Source: a virus. From it: a stretch of 64,000 nt of DNA. The DNA is taken from IMG/VR virus record IMGVR_UViG_3300036846_001111, positions 7,887 to 71,886 of that record; one strand, 5' to 3'. Numbering within the stretch: the first letter of the stretch is position 1; each line of letters begins with the position of its first letter. This document shows, piece after piece, positions 9,036-17,949 of this stretch. The position numbers were made by a program, and so were the translations under genes. The notes beneath the pieces are model-generated. The model had not been told where the DNA came from. It made no database searches and saw nothing but the letters and a program-made list of their open reading frames with translations.

Positions 9036-9377
9036 ATGACCGCCACCTACGCCACCGAGGCCGGCCGCAAGACCTGGGACGCCATGACCGACGCCGAGCG
9101 CGACCAGCGCAACGTCGAGGCCTGGGACGCCTGCTGCAGCCGCCTGCGCGACGCCTTGCGTGACGCCGAGGACCGGGGCGAGGCGATCGACCTCGACGAG
9201 GCCAAGGCGCGCGTCGAGGCCCGCATCGCCGTCGAGATGACCGAGAACACCCGCCTCGTCCGCCGTGGTCAGCGCACCCGCGCCACGCGCAGCGATCGCG
9301 ACAGCGCCCAGTGGGCCGCCCACCGCAACGCCGACCTCGGCCTCGACCTCGGCATGCTCTGGGACGTCGAACTCTAG
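9036..9377 (+). CDS. Hypothetical early protein
   Basis: High-GC3 ORF after the promoter. Confidence 0.75.
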   Translation: MTATYATEAGRKTWDAMTDAERDQRNVEAWDACCSRLRDALRDAEDRGEAIDLDEAKARVEARIAVEMTENTRLVRRGQRTRATRSDRDSAQWAAHRNADLGLDLGMLWDVEL

Positions 9378-9421
9378 GCCACCCGGCCAGCCCCTCACCC
9401 CTCACCGCCAGGAGTCACCCC

Positions 9422-9622
9422 ATGCAAATCCACCTCACCCGCGAAGGCTACCTGCCCGCCGGCCTGACCACGTTCTGGGTGGTCGAGGCCTGGGCCCGCC
9501 ACGCCACCGTGCACGGCCGCTTCACCACCCGCCTGGAGGCCGACGCCTGCGCCCTGGCGCACCGCAGCCGCTTCGGCCCCGACCCGGTCATCCGCCAGAT
9601 GGAGATGGCCCGGCCGGGCTGA
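9422..9622 (+). CDS. Hypothetical early protein
   Basis: AGGAG RBS, ATG 9422. Confidence 0.7.
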   Translation: MQIHLTREGYLPAGLTTFWVVEAWARHATVHGRFTTRLEADACALAHRSRFGPDPVIRQMEMARPG

Positions 9623-9648
9623 CGCCCTGCGTCACCTGACCGCACAAA

Positions 9649-9683
9649 CAGGACTTTACGTCCTGCACAGACCCCGGTAGAGT
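9649..9683 (+). promoter_or_regulatory. Palindromic operator/promoter copy 1
   Basis: CAGGAC-TTTAC-GTCCTG; -35 to TAGAGT spacing 17. Confidence 0.75.
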
Positions 9684-9710
9684 GCACGGGTCAACGAGGA
9701 GACACGCCAG

Positions 9711-9920
9711 ATGACCGCGGCCGACCAGTTCACCATCATCCAAGAGGACGCCACCCGGTTCATGCCGCATGACCCGACCGGCGTGGAATACGAGCACTTC
9801 GTCTACGCCGAGATGGGCCACAAGCACCCGCTGACCGGCGCGCCGCAGAAGACCCTGGTCTGCCGGGGTACGAAAGCCGCCTGCGAAGCCTTCATCAGCC
9901 TGCGGCTGGCGGCGCTCTAA
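9711..9920 (+). CDS. Hypothetical early protein
   Basis: GAGGAG RBS; 69 aa. Confidence 0.75.
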   Translation: MTAADQFTIIQEDATRFMPHDPTGVEYEHFVYAEMGHKHPLTGAPQKTLVCRGTKAACEAFISLRLAAL

Positions 9921-10032
9921 CCGCCCGGGCGCATCGGGAGGCCCACCCACTCGCGCTGAACGCGCCCAAGCCGGGAGCCCGCCAGGGTGGCCCGGCCGAG
10001 GGCGTGCAACCACACGCCAGGAGTCACCCGTC

Positions 10033-10641
10033 ATGGGCGCCTACATCTACGTCACCAAGCCGAGCCACGTCGCCACCGCCGTCGTCGAGATCGACGGCGT
10101 GCGCTCCGAGACCGAGGTCGCGCTCTACCGCTACGCCTTCAAGCCGTACCACTGGGACGAGCGGCTCAACGCCCGCATGCGCTTCTCCAGCGGCGCGCTG
10201 GCCTGCGCCGCCGCCTACGACCGCAGCGGCAAGGCGGTGCCCGCCTACGGCGTGTTCTTCGACGACGAGGCGGCCGAGGTCTACGCGGCCGGCCGCACCG
10301 ACGCCAACGGCTGCTTCCTGACCCACGGCGCCGTCGAGGTGGTCGACGACACCCGCACCAGCCGCGGCCGCGTGGTGCGCTGGGTGCGCCTGCCCAAGGG
10401 CGTCACCGAGGGCCGCATGCCTCTCGATCGGCGGCTGACGCCGACCACCGTGCTGCAGGTGCAGCCCAAGCCGGCCGCGGCCTTGAGCCCCAACGCCCCG
10501 GCGTTCTGGACCCGGCTGGCCGACAAGGCGACCGGCGAGGTGCAGCCGCAGTGGACGCTGGTGCGCACCCAGGCGGACCTCGAACGCCTCGCGCTCAGCT
10601 ACGGCGTGCTGGTCGAGCCCGCCCCCGCGGGGGCGCTCTGA
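10033..10641 (+). CDS. Hypothetical protein; C-terminal domain paralogous to 12940..13167
   Basis: AGGAG RBS; shared DRRLTPTTVL...FW.RL.D.A.GE.QP.WTL segment. Confidence 0.8.
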   Translation: MGAYIYVTKPSHVATAVVEIDGVRSETEVALYRYAFKPYHWDERLNARMRFSSGALACAAAYDRSGKAVPAYGVFFDDEAAEVYAAGRTDANGCFLTHGAVEVVDDTRTSRGRVVRWVRLPKGVTEGRMPLDRRLTPTTVLQVQPKPAAALSPNAPAFWTRLADKATGEVQPQWTLVRTQADLERLALSYGVLVEPAPAGAL

Positions 10642-10862
10642 TGGGCGCCCCCTGGCCCGGCATCTCGCTGGAGGTGCGCTGCGCGGCGCTGATCGAGGGC
10701 GCGCACCTGTGGACCCAGGCGACGCACACGCAGGGCGCCGCCCAGGCGGCCGCTGACGCCCGCTGGAAGGCCTGGAGGGCCCGCTGGGGCCCGCGCATGG
10801 CCGAGGCCGCCCAGGCGCTGCAGGCGAACGCCTGGGTGCGGGCGCGGGACTTCGTCGCCTGA
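10641..10862 (+). CDS. Hypothetical protein
   Basis: TGATG coupling; MGAPWPGISLEV... Confidence 0.65.
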   Translation: MGAPWPGISLEVRCAALIEGAHLWTQATHTQGAAQAAADARWKAWRARWGPRMAEAAQALQANAWVRARDFVA

Positions 10863-10867
10863 CGCCA

Positions 10868-10940
10868 GGGGGGACAACCGCGAATCCGGGTTGTCCCCCC
10901 CCGCATCCCCAGAACCTCGCGAACAATTCGCGAAGTTTTG
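10868..10940 (+). terminator. Double hairpin, putative terminator
   Basis: GGGGGGACAACC/GGTTGTCCCCCC stem, then TCGCGAA/TTCGCGA stem followed by T-run. Confidence 0.6.
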
Positions 10941-10968
10941 GGGCCCTGCGTCCGCCCGCCGCACAAAC

Positions 10969-11002
10969 AGGACTTGACGTCCTACCATCACCCCGGTATT
11001 GA
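10969..11002 (+). promoter_or_regulatory. Palindromic operator/promoter copy 2
   Basis: AGGAC-TTGAC-GTCCT; N17; TATTGA. Confidence 0.8.
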
Positions 11003-11031
11003 TGTTCTCGTCAAGAGGAGATGACGACCCC

Positions 11032-11925
11032 ATGAAGACCGACGAACTCTTCCGCACGATCACCGACCGCATCGTCGCCCAGATGGAAGCCGGCGTGCGG
11101 CCGTGGGCGCGGCCCTGGTCGGAGCGCACCACGGCGGCCGACTACGCGCTGCCGCACAACATCGCCGGGCGCCCCTACCGCGGCGCGAACATGTTCTGGC
11201 TGGCGATGGCGCAGAGCGCCCGCGGCTACACCTCGCCGGTGTGGCTGACCTTCAATCAGGCCAAGAAGGCCGGCGGCAACGTCAAGAAGGGCGAGGTCGG
11301 CACCCCGGTGTTCTTCTGGAAGTTCGACGAGAAGGTCGACCCGAAGACCAAGAAGAAGACGAAGACGGTGTGGGCCAAGGGCTACACGGTGTTCAACATC
11401 GCGCAGGTCGAGGGCGTCAAGGTCCCGGCGCGCCGCGAGCGCACCGCCGCCGAGCGCCACGCCGAGGCCGAAGCGCTGATGGCCTCGACCGGCGCCGACA
11501 TCCACTTCGGCGGCAACCGCGCCTGCTTCATCCCGGCGCTGGACATGGTGCAGCTACCGGTGCGCGAGGCCTTCAAGGCGCCCGATTTCTTCTACGCCAC
11601 CGCGTTCCATGAACTGGGCCACTGGACCGGCCACAAGACCCGGCTCGACCGCGAGTTCGGCAAGCGCTTCGGCGATCAGGCCTACGCCTTCGAGGAACTG
11701 GTGGCTGAACTGACCGCGGCCTTCGTCACCGGCACCCTCGGCCTCGCCAACCCCGAGCGCGAGGACCACGCGGCCTACCTGACGAACTGGCTGCAGGTGC
11801 TGAAGGGCGACCCCAAGGCGTTCATCACCGCAGCCGGCAAGGCCCAGGCCGCCGCCGACTACATCCTGGCCAAGGCCGAGGCCAGCGACGAGGACGTCGA
11901 CGCCGACCACGCCGAGGCCGCCTAG
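11032..11925 (+). CDS. ardC: ArdC-like antirestriction protein (ssDNA-binding N-domain plus zincin-like domain)
   Basis: PW.RPW, GRPYRGAN, WLTFNQA..GG.VKKGE, VFNIAQ, FHELGHWTGH, YAFEELVAEL, HAAYL..W motifs. Confidence 0.92.
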   Translation: MKTDELFRTITDRIVAQMEAGVRPWARPWSERTTAADYALPHNIAGRPYRGANMFWLAMAQSARGYTSPVWLTFNQAKKAGGNVKKGEVGTPVFFWKFDEKVDPKTKKKTKTVWAKGYTVFNIAQVEGVKVPARRERTAAERHAEAEALMASTGADIHFGGNRACFIPALDMVQLPVREAFKAPDFFYATAFHELGHWTGHKTRLDREFGKRFGDQAYAFEELVAELTAAFVTGTLGLANPEREDHAAYLTNWLQVLKGDPKAFITAAGKAQAAADYILAKAEASDEDVDADHAEAA

Positions 11926-11994
11926 CGCCAGCCCCACCACCAGCCAGCGGCCGATCGGCCGCTGGCGCCCCCTTCCAGCCCCGAGGAGAGCCTG

Positions 11995-12216
11995 ATGGCC
12001 CGCTACGCCCTGATCACCGTTGACCCCAACAGCCACACCCGCTCTGTGGTGAGCCTGCACCGCTCACTGCGCACGGCCGGCAAGGCCTACCAGCACCTTG
12101 CCTACGCCCGCTGGTCGTTCGTCGCCGAGCGCGACGAGCGCCTCGGCACCTGGGCGCTGCGCGGCGAGGCCGGCGACGTCACCAGCCTCGCCTGCGACGC
12201 CGCCAACGCCGCGTAG
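11995..12216 (+). CDS. Hypothetical protein
   Basis: GAGGAG RBS. Confidence 0.7.
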   Translation: MARYALITVDPNSHTRSVVSLHRSLRTAGKAYQHLAYARWSFVAERDERLGTWALRGEAGDVTSLACDAANAA

Positions 12217-12340
12217 GGGGGGCGGATCGCCTCCCCCGCCGGGGCGGATCGCCGCCTTGACAGGTGTCAACCCCAAAACCTCGGCGAATCTGGATGGGGT
12301 TATGGGGTGCGTCAATCTGCGCATCCTCATCCATCATGCC

Positions 12341-12373
12341 GGACTTGACGTCCTGGCAACTCCCCTGTACAAG
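12341..12373 (+). promoter_or_regulatory. Palindromic operator/promoter copy 3
   Basis: GGAC-TTGAC-GTCC; N17; TACAAG. Confidence 0.8.
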
Positions 12374-12399
12374 GGAGAGGTCGAACGGAGGACACGCCA

Positions 12400-12666
12400 G
12401 TGCACGTCAAACACCTGACCATCAGCGGCCGCGCCAACGGCGGCATGGGCGCGCCGGCCACCGGCATCGTCGTGTTCAGCGATGGCCGCGCCTACGAGTG
12501 GTTCACGCTGATCGAGCACGACCCGATCAGCGGCACCTACAAGCACATGGGCCAGTACCGCTTCGCCGGGGCCCGCAAGGCGCCCGGCGGCGGCTACGCG
12601 CTGCGCGTCACCTTCGCCAGCCGCCCCCGCGAGGTGGCGCTGATCGAGGCGCTCGCCGGCAACTGA
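12400..12666 (+). CDS. Hypothetical protein
   Basis: GGAGG RBS, GTG start. Confidence 0.75.
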   Translation: MHVKHLTISGRANGGMGAPATGIVVFSDGRAYEWFTLIEHDPISGTYKHMGQYRFAGARKAPGGGYALRVTFASRPREVALIEALAGN

Positions 12667-12721
12667 CCCCGCCAAGCGCGCCCGCGCGGCGCGCCCCCCT
12701 CTCACACGCCAGGAGACCACC

Positions 12722-12943
12722 ATGTCCCAAGAGTTCGCCCGCGGCATCCACACCGCCCGCTGCGTCACCCTCGCCCAGTTGAAGGCGGCCATCGAGTCGA
12801 TGGAAATCGCCGCGCTGATCGAGGGCGCCAGCCCCGACGAGGTCTACGTGAACACCTCGCAGGCCCCGAGCGCCGCCTTCACCCTGGTGGAGCGCACGCT
12901 GACCGACGGCTCCAAGGTCTACGACGTCGAGGTGGGCGCATGA
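12722..12943 (+). CDS. Hypothetical protein
   Basis: AGGAG RBS. Confidence 0.75.
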   Translation: MSQEFARGIHTARCVTLAQLKAAIESMEIAALIEGASPDEVYVNTSQAPSAAFTLVERTLTDGSKVYDVEVGA

Positions 12944-13167
12944 CCCGCGATCGGCGCCTGACGCCGACCACCGTGCTGATGATCCAGCCGCGCCACAGCG
13001 CCACCGATCCCGGCGGCTTCTGGATGCGGCTGGTCGACCCGGCCAGCGGCGAGGCGCAGCCCGAGTGGACGCTGGCCGCCGACCGCTGGGCGGTGCAGCA
13101 CTACGCCGACAGCTTCGGCGTGCAGGTCAAGATCGACCCCGAAACCGGAGAGGACTCCGACCAATGA
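12940..13167 (+). CDS. Hypothetical protein, paralog of the C-terminal domain of 10033..10641
   Basis: ATGA coupling; shared motif. Confidence 0.75.
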   Translation: MTRDRRLTPTTVLMIQPRHSATDPGGFWMRLVDPASGEAQPEWTLAADRWAVQHYADSFGVQVKIDPETGEDSDQ

Positions 13168-13625
13168 CCAAGCTTCCCCCCATCGTGCTCACCGTGGCCG
13201 CCGCCGAGGCCGCCCTGGCCGAGGCGCGCGACGCCCTCACCGAGGCCCAGGCGGCGCACAGCGCCGCGCAGCGGGCCTTCCGCGACGCCAGGGAGGCCGA
13301 GAAGGCCCAGCGCGAGCGCGACGCCCGCAACCGCACCAGCCGCGATCGCCGCAAGGCCCAGGCGCTGGCCAAGCGCTACGGCGTCTCGATCGAGCGCGAG
13401 GACTACGGCGACGGCCGCTACGGCTACTGGGTGCTGGGCCCCTGGAGCATCTACGGCGACGGCGACGGCATCGCCGACACCGAACAGTTCCCGCTGGGCA
13501 AGGTGGTCCGCGCCGACCCCTGCGAGGGCGATCACATCGCCTACGACTGGTCGGAGGTGCTGCACAACATCGGCATCTACGTGGCCGACATCGAGGCCTC
13601 CAAGGCCAAGCCAGAGGAGGGCTGA
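13164..13625 (+). CDS. Hypothetical protein with N-terminal coiled coil
   Basis: ATGA coupling, GAGG RBS. Confidence 0.75.
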   Translation: MTKLPPIVLTVAAAEAALAEARDALTEAQAAHSAAQRAFRDAREAEKAQRERDARNRTSRDRRKAQALAKRYGVSIEREDYGDGRYGYWVLGPWSIYGDGDGIADTEQFPLGKVVRADPCEGDHIAYDWSEVLHNIGIYVADIEASKAKPEEG

Positions 13626-13674
13626 CCACTGCGCCGGGCGGGTGCGTCAACTTGCGCATGCGCCTGTTACAAGT

Positions 13675-13708
13675 AGGACTTGATGTCCTGACCCGACCCC
13701 TGTAGAAG
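13675..13708 (+). promoter_or_regulatory. Palindromic operator/promoter copy 4
   Basis: AGGAC-TTGAT-GTCCT; N17; TAGAAG. Confidence 0.75.
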
Positions 13709-13745
13709 GAGGGGGTCGGGCAGGACCGCCCGGGAGACACGCCAG

Positions 13746-14123
13746 ATGACCACCCGCACCACCCTCGCCCGCGCCTGCGCCTACGTCGGCATCACCGGCC
13801 GCAAGCTGGGCCTCAAGGTCGACACCCGCATCGCGCTGTACGACTACGCCGACTTCGTGAAGGGCGCCGACGGCCTGCACAGCGAGGTGCTGAACGACGC
13901 CGGCCGCGCCCTGGCCGAGACCTCGCCGCTCTGGAAGGCGCACGCGGCGCTGGTCGCCCGCGGCTTCCACCTCGACCGCAACACCCGCCGCCAGCGGCCG
14001 AGCTACCTGCACTACGCCATGTGGGACGAGGACGCCCGCCGCCACCGCACGGCCTTCATCGCGAACGGCCAAGCCTACGTCCCGAGCCCGATCGGCAGCA
14101 CCTACCTGCCGCTCGCCGTCTGA
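13746..14123 (+). CDS. Hypothetical protein
   Basis: GGAG RBS, high GC3. Confidence 0.75.
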   Translation: MTTRTTLARACAYVGITGRKLGLKVDTRIALYDYADFVKGADGLHSEVLNDAGRALAETSPLWKAHAALVARGFHLDRNTRRQRPSYLHYAMWDEDARRHRTAFIANGQAYVPSPIGSTYLPLAV

Positions 14124-14134
14124 GGAGAGACCCT

Positions 14135-14683
14135 ATGACCACCGAGACCATCCCCGCCCCGGCCGACCTGCACGGCCAGTTCACCGTCGACGTCGATGGC
14201 AAGCGCTACGACGCCAGCTTCCACAAAGGCCGGCCCTGCGCGCTCAGCGTCACCTACCGGACACAGCCCGGCTTCCGCCGCAACAGCGGCCAGCGGCAGA
14301 CGCGCCGCGTCTGGTCGACGACCTACACCAACCCCGACGCCCCGACCGGCCGCGCCGCCGAAATCTTCGCGATGGTCTGCGACCCGGCCAAGGCCGCCAA
14401 GGCTGGCGCCCACGTCGAGACGCCCGAAGAGCGCTCGGCCCGCTGGCGGCGCGCGGACGACAAGCGGGCGGCTGACGATCGCCGGATGGCCGCAGCGGCC
14501 AAGGTGAGCGCCGCCGCGCCGGCCCTGCTGGCCGCCCTGGAGCGCCTCGCCGACGCGCAGCTACCCTTCAAGCTGCAGCCCGGCGAGAGCCGCATGGAGG
14601 CGTCGATCCGTTGGGGCGACGAGCGCAACGCAGCGCACGCGCACGCCCTCACGGTGATCGCCGCCGCCAAGGGAGACGCCTGA
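14135..14683 (+). CDS. Hypothetical protein
   Basis: GAGGAG RBS. Confidence 0.75.
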   Translation: MTTETIPAPADLHGQFTVDVDGKRYDASFHKGRPCALSVTYRTQPGFRRNSGQRQTRRVWSTTYTNPDAPTGRAAEIFAMVCDPAKAAKAGAHVETPEERSARWRRADDKRAADDRRMAAAAKVSAAAPALLAALERLADAQLPFKLQPGESRMEASIRWGDERNAAHAHALTVIAAAKGDA

Positions 14684-14877
14684 TGACCCAAGCCGAAGCC
14701 ACCGAACTGAAGGACTTCATCGAGGGCCTGTGCGGCTGCGAGAGCGTCAGCCTGCGGCGTCGCCGCCTGGGCGGCAGCGGCTACGCGATCACCGTCCGCA
14801 TGGTCGACACGCCGCCGCGCACCTACGCCAGCCACGCGCGGGCGTTCGCCGCCTACTGCGCCGGGGGCGAGGATTGA
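14683..14877 (+). CDS. Hypothetical protein
   Basis: TGATG coupling on both sides. Confidence 0.65.
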   Translation: MTQAEATELKDFIEGLCGCESVSLRRRRLGGSGYAITVRMVDTPPRTYASHARAFAAYCAGGED

Positions 14878-15527
14878 TGGCCGCGCCCATCATCCTGACT
14901 GACGGGCCGCCCCCCGAGCGCCACGCGGCGCGGGTGGTGGCCGAGATGTGCCGCTGGCTGGCCCGCGACCAGTGGCGCGTCGGCGCGCGGCTCAGCCAGC
15001 GCATCCGCGGCAAGGCCAAGGGCCTGGGCAATCCGAAGGCTCAGCGCCGCTTCATGGCGCGGCTGGCGAAGGACCCGGACCTCGGGCTGCTGGCGGTGCA
15101 GGTGCAGCCCGGCAAGCGCGGCCGGGCGGTGATGATGTTTCTCTCTTGGATGCTGGTGCAGCCGCACACCAGCGCGGAGATCAAAGAGGGCGACCCGATC
15201 CCCGACAAGCCGTGGCTGGCCTGCCACCTCGACGTGATGAACCTGAAGGACAAGGCCGCCAGCTTCGGCCGCCGCATCGTCACCTTCACCCACCACGCCC
15301 TGCAGCGGCTGGCCGAGCGCTGCGGCGCGCGCACCGTCGACGACCTCTTGGAGGCGCTGCGCGAGGTGGCGTTCTGGTTCTTCGACAACCGGCCGAAGGA
15401 CCGCGGGCCCACCCTCTACGTGCCGCTCGCCGGCGCCGGCGTCGCGGTGATCGTCTGGACCGAGGCGCACTACTGGCTGGTCAAGACGGTGCTTCCGGCC
15501 CCGGCAGAATCCGCTTCCGACTTTTGA
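14877..15527 (+). CDS. Hypothetical protein (TFTHHALQRLAERCG motif)
   Basis: TGATG coupling; HA..R..ER motif recalls BECR/DUF4258-type RNase folds (weak). Confidence 0.7.
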   Translation: MAAPIILTDGPPPERHAARVVAEMCRWLARDQWRVGARLSQRIRGKAKGLGNPKAQRRFMARLAKDPDLGLLAVQVQPGKRGRAVMMFLSWMLVQPHTSAEIKEGDPIPDKPWLACHLDVMNLKDKAASFGRRIVTFTHHALQRLAERCGARTVDDLLEALREVAFWFFDNRPKDRGPTLYVPLAGAGVAVIVWTEAHYWLVKTVLPAPAESASDF

Positions 15528-15568
15528 CCTGGGCGGATGCGGCAACTTGTCAGCACGCCTTCAGCAAA

Positions 15569-15602
15569 AGGACTTGACGTCCTGTCATCACCCCGCTACA
15601 AA
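15569..15602 (+). promoter_or_regulatory. Palindromic operator/promoter copy 5
   Basis: AGGAC-TTGAC-GTCCT; N17; (GC)TACAAA. Confidence 0.8.
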
Positions 15603-15628
15603 GCTCTCACACGCCAGGAGCCACGCCA

Positions 15629-16576
15629 GTGACCAACGCCTTCAACCCCGCCTCGGCCTTCGACGATCTGGAAGACGCCGCGTTCTGGGCTGACGAGCCC
15701 TCCGAGAACATCATCCCGTTCGGGACCCGCGAGGCGGTGGTCACCGAGATGCCGCCCGGCGGCGGCTACAAGCAGCGCTGCGACAAGTGCCAGGGCTCGG
15801 GCAAGTTCCGCGGCCGCAACGGCCGCATCTTCGGCGACTGCTTCGCCTGCAAGGGCGAAGGCTTCCTCACCTTCAAGACCTCGCCGCAGGAGCGCTCGAC
15901 GGCGCGCGGCCAGAGCGCCGCTCGCAAGGCGGCGATCCTCGCCCAGTGGCTGGAAGCCAACGTCGACGTGGTGGCCTGGGTGAAGCGCCGTTCGACCGGC
16001 GATCGCCCCTTCGACTTCGCGGTCGAACTGGCCGGCAAGCTGCAGCAGTACGGCACCCTCACCGACGGCGCCGTCGCCGCGGTCAAGCGCATGATCGCCC
16101 GCGACGCCGAGCGCGCCGCCGAGCGCGCCCAGGCCCAACCGGCCAAGCCGGCGGTCGACACCGGCCGCGTCGAGGCGGCGTTCGCCAAGGCGGTGGCGGT
16201 GGCCAAGGCCGAGGCCCAGGCCCGGGTCGGCGGCGAGGCCGATCGCGCCACCTTCAAGGCCCCCAAGCTGCGCCTGGGCGAGTTCTTCATCACCCTGGCC
16301 CCGATGCACGGCCGCAACGCCGGCGCCCTCTACGTCAAGCGGACCACCGATCGGGAGTACCTCGGCAAGATCGCCGGCGGCCAGTTCAGCAAGTCCTTCG
16401 TCTGCACGCCGGCCGAACAGGCGGCGGTGGTCGAGACCTGCGCCGACCCGGAGGCGGCGGCGGTGGCCTACGGCCGGCTGCACAGCCAGTGCGCCATCTG
16501 CGGCCGCGGCCTCGACAACTACGAATCGATCGAGCGCGGCATCGGCCCGATCTGCGCCAAGAAGTGGGGGTGGTGA
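15629..16576 (+). CDS. Zn-finger protein: DnaJ-type CxxCxGxG repeats plus C-terminal DUF6011-like domain
   Basis: CDKCQGSG...CFACKGEG; CAICGRGL...SIERGIGPICA. Confidence 0.85.
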   Translation: MTNAFNPASAFDDLEDAAFWADEPSENIIPFGTREAVVTEMPPGGGYKQRCDKCQGSGKFRGRNGRIFGDCFACKGEGFLTFKTSPQERSTARGQSAARKAAILAQWLEANVDVVAWVKRRSTGDRPFDFAVELAGKLQQYGTLTDGAVAAVKRMIARDAERAAERAQAQPAKPAVDTGRVEAAFAKAVAVAKAEAQARVGGEADRATFKAPKLRLGEFFITLAPMHGRNAGALYVKRTTDREYLGKIAGGQFSKSFVCTPAEQAAVVETCADPEAAAVAYGRLHSQCAICGRGLDNYESIERGIGPICAKKWGW

Positions 16577-16833
16577 TGCGCCCCGACACCACCGAGTGCG
16601 ACGCCTGGATGGCGACCGGGCCGAGCCGCGAGACCAGCCCCGAAATCATGGAGGCGATCTGGTTCCTGGCGCGCACCCCGGCCGAGGCCGAGACGCTCTG
16701 GGAGGGCGACGGCTTCGGCCGCATCGCCAACCTCTCGGACATCGTCGAGCGGGTGACGCGCAACGGCCGGCTCGACGCCCGCGACTTCGTCTGGGGCGGC
16801 GCCGGCAGCGCCTGGGCCGAGGAGATTTGCTGA
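16576..16833 (+). CDS. Hypothetical protein
   Basis: TGATG coupling. Confidence 0.7.
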   Translation: MRPDTTECDAWMATGPSRETSPEIMEAIWFLARTPAEAETLWEGDGFGRIANLSDIVERVTRNGRLDARDFVWGGAGSAWAEEIC

Positions 16834-16835
16834 CC

Positions 16836-17102
16836 ATGTCCCCCGACGAACGCCGCGAGCAGGTGCGGCAGTACAACCTGTCCCTCAAGCCGAAGAACTA
16901 CACCGCCATGTCCGCGAACGACTTCCGCACGCGGCTGGACGCGCTCGGCCTGACCCAGACCGGCCTCGCCAAGGTGCTCGACATCGATCCGCGCAGCGTG
17001 CGCCGCTACTGCGCCGGCACGCAGCGGGTGACCACCCTGGTGGCCTGGGCGCTTCGCGGCGTCAAAGCCGAGGTCGAGCGCCAGGAGACCCTCGATGCAT
17101 GA
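16836..17102 (+). CDS. XRE/Cro-like HTH regulator
   Basis: LGLTQTGLAKVLDIDPRSVRRY HTH pattern; GGAG RBS. Confidence 0.8.
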   Translation: MSPDERREQVRQYNLSLKPKNYTAMSANDFRTRLDALGLTQTGLAKVLDIDPRSVRRYCAGTQRVTTLVAWALRGVKAEVERQETLDA

Positions 17103-17265
17103 GGACCGCTTCCGCCGCATCGCCCGGCGCCCCGAGCGCGACCACCTGCCGTTCGAGACGGGCCGGCGCCGGGGCCCCTACCTCTCGCCGAGCGGCATCC
17201 GGGCGCTGGTCTTCCTGCTGGGCATGCTGGCGCTCGCCGGCATCGTGTTCGGCGCCCGCCCATGA
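17095..17265 (+). CDS. Small membrane protein (56 aa, not in ORF track)
   Basis: AGGAG RBS; C-terminal ALVFLLGMLALAGIVFG hydrophobic stretch. Confidence 0.6.
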   Translation: MHEDRFRRIARRPERDHLPFETGRRRGPYLSPSGIRALVFLLGMLALAGIVFGARP

Positions 17266-17462
17266 TGCACCAGACCACCGTCGTGGTCGGCGGGACGCGC
17301 TACAGCGTCACCTATGACGGCCGCGGCTTCGTGCACCGGGTGGCCCAGCAGATCGTGCCGATGCGCACCGCGATCTACTGGCGCGCCCTCAACCCCAGCA
17401 GCAAAGCTTTCAAGGCCGCGGTCGAGGCCGCCAACCGCAAGAAAGCCCAGGAGGCCCCATGA
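17262..17462 (+). CDS. Hypothetical protein
   Basis: ATGA coupling. Confidence 0.7.
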   Translation: MMHQTTVVVGGTRYSVTYDGRGFVHRVAQQIVPMRTAIYWRALNPSSKAFKAAVEAANRKKAQEAP

Positions 17463-17803
17463 TCCTGATGCGCATCGTCGGCCTGCCGACGATCGTCCAC
17501 GACCCGGACCCGAACGTGGTGGCGGCGATCAAGGCCGGCCATCCGATCTGGCTGAAGAGCTACGACGTCGAGGCCTTCAACGGCCGCGGCACGGCCTACT
17601 TCACCGACGTGCCTGAGAAGGCGCAGCGCTTCGCCGATCTGGGCGCGGCGTTCGAGGCCTGGAAGACGCAGTCGAAGACGCTGCCGCTGCGTCCCGACGG
17701 CAAGCCAAATCGCCCGCTGACCGCGTTCAGCATCACCTTCGACACCGCACCAGAGCCCGGGGGGGCCGACCATGACCGAGAAGGACCGGGAGACGCTGCT
17801 TGA
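17459..17803 (+). CDS. Hypothetical protein (RPDGKPNRPLTAF motif)
   Basis: GGAGG RBS, ATGA coupling. Confidence 0.75.
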   Translation: MILMRIVGLPTIVHDPDPNVVAAIKAGHPIWLKSYDVEAFNGRGTAYFTDVPEKAQRFADLGAAFEAWKTQSKTLPLRPDGKPNRPLTAFSITFDTAPEPGGADHDREGPGDAA

Positions 17804-17939
17804 TGCAGTCGAGGTCTTCAACCTGCACGGCGGCAAGGCCGCGGCGTTCTTCGCCGACGCCCTGGCGCAGCCAGAGAACGACGAGGCCCAGGCCTGGGTC
17901 GCGAGCCTATGGGAGCCCGAATACTTCGGGTCCAACTGA
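17772..17939 (+). CDS. Hypothetical 55-aa protein
   Basis: MTEKDRETLLDAVEV... read manually; fills the gap. Confidence 0.55.
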   Translation: MTEKDRETLLDAVEVFNLHGGKAAAFFADALAQPENDEAQAWVASLWEPEYFGSN

Positions 17940-17949
17940 GGAGAGATGG

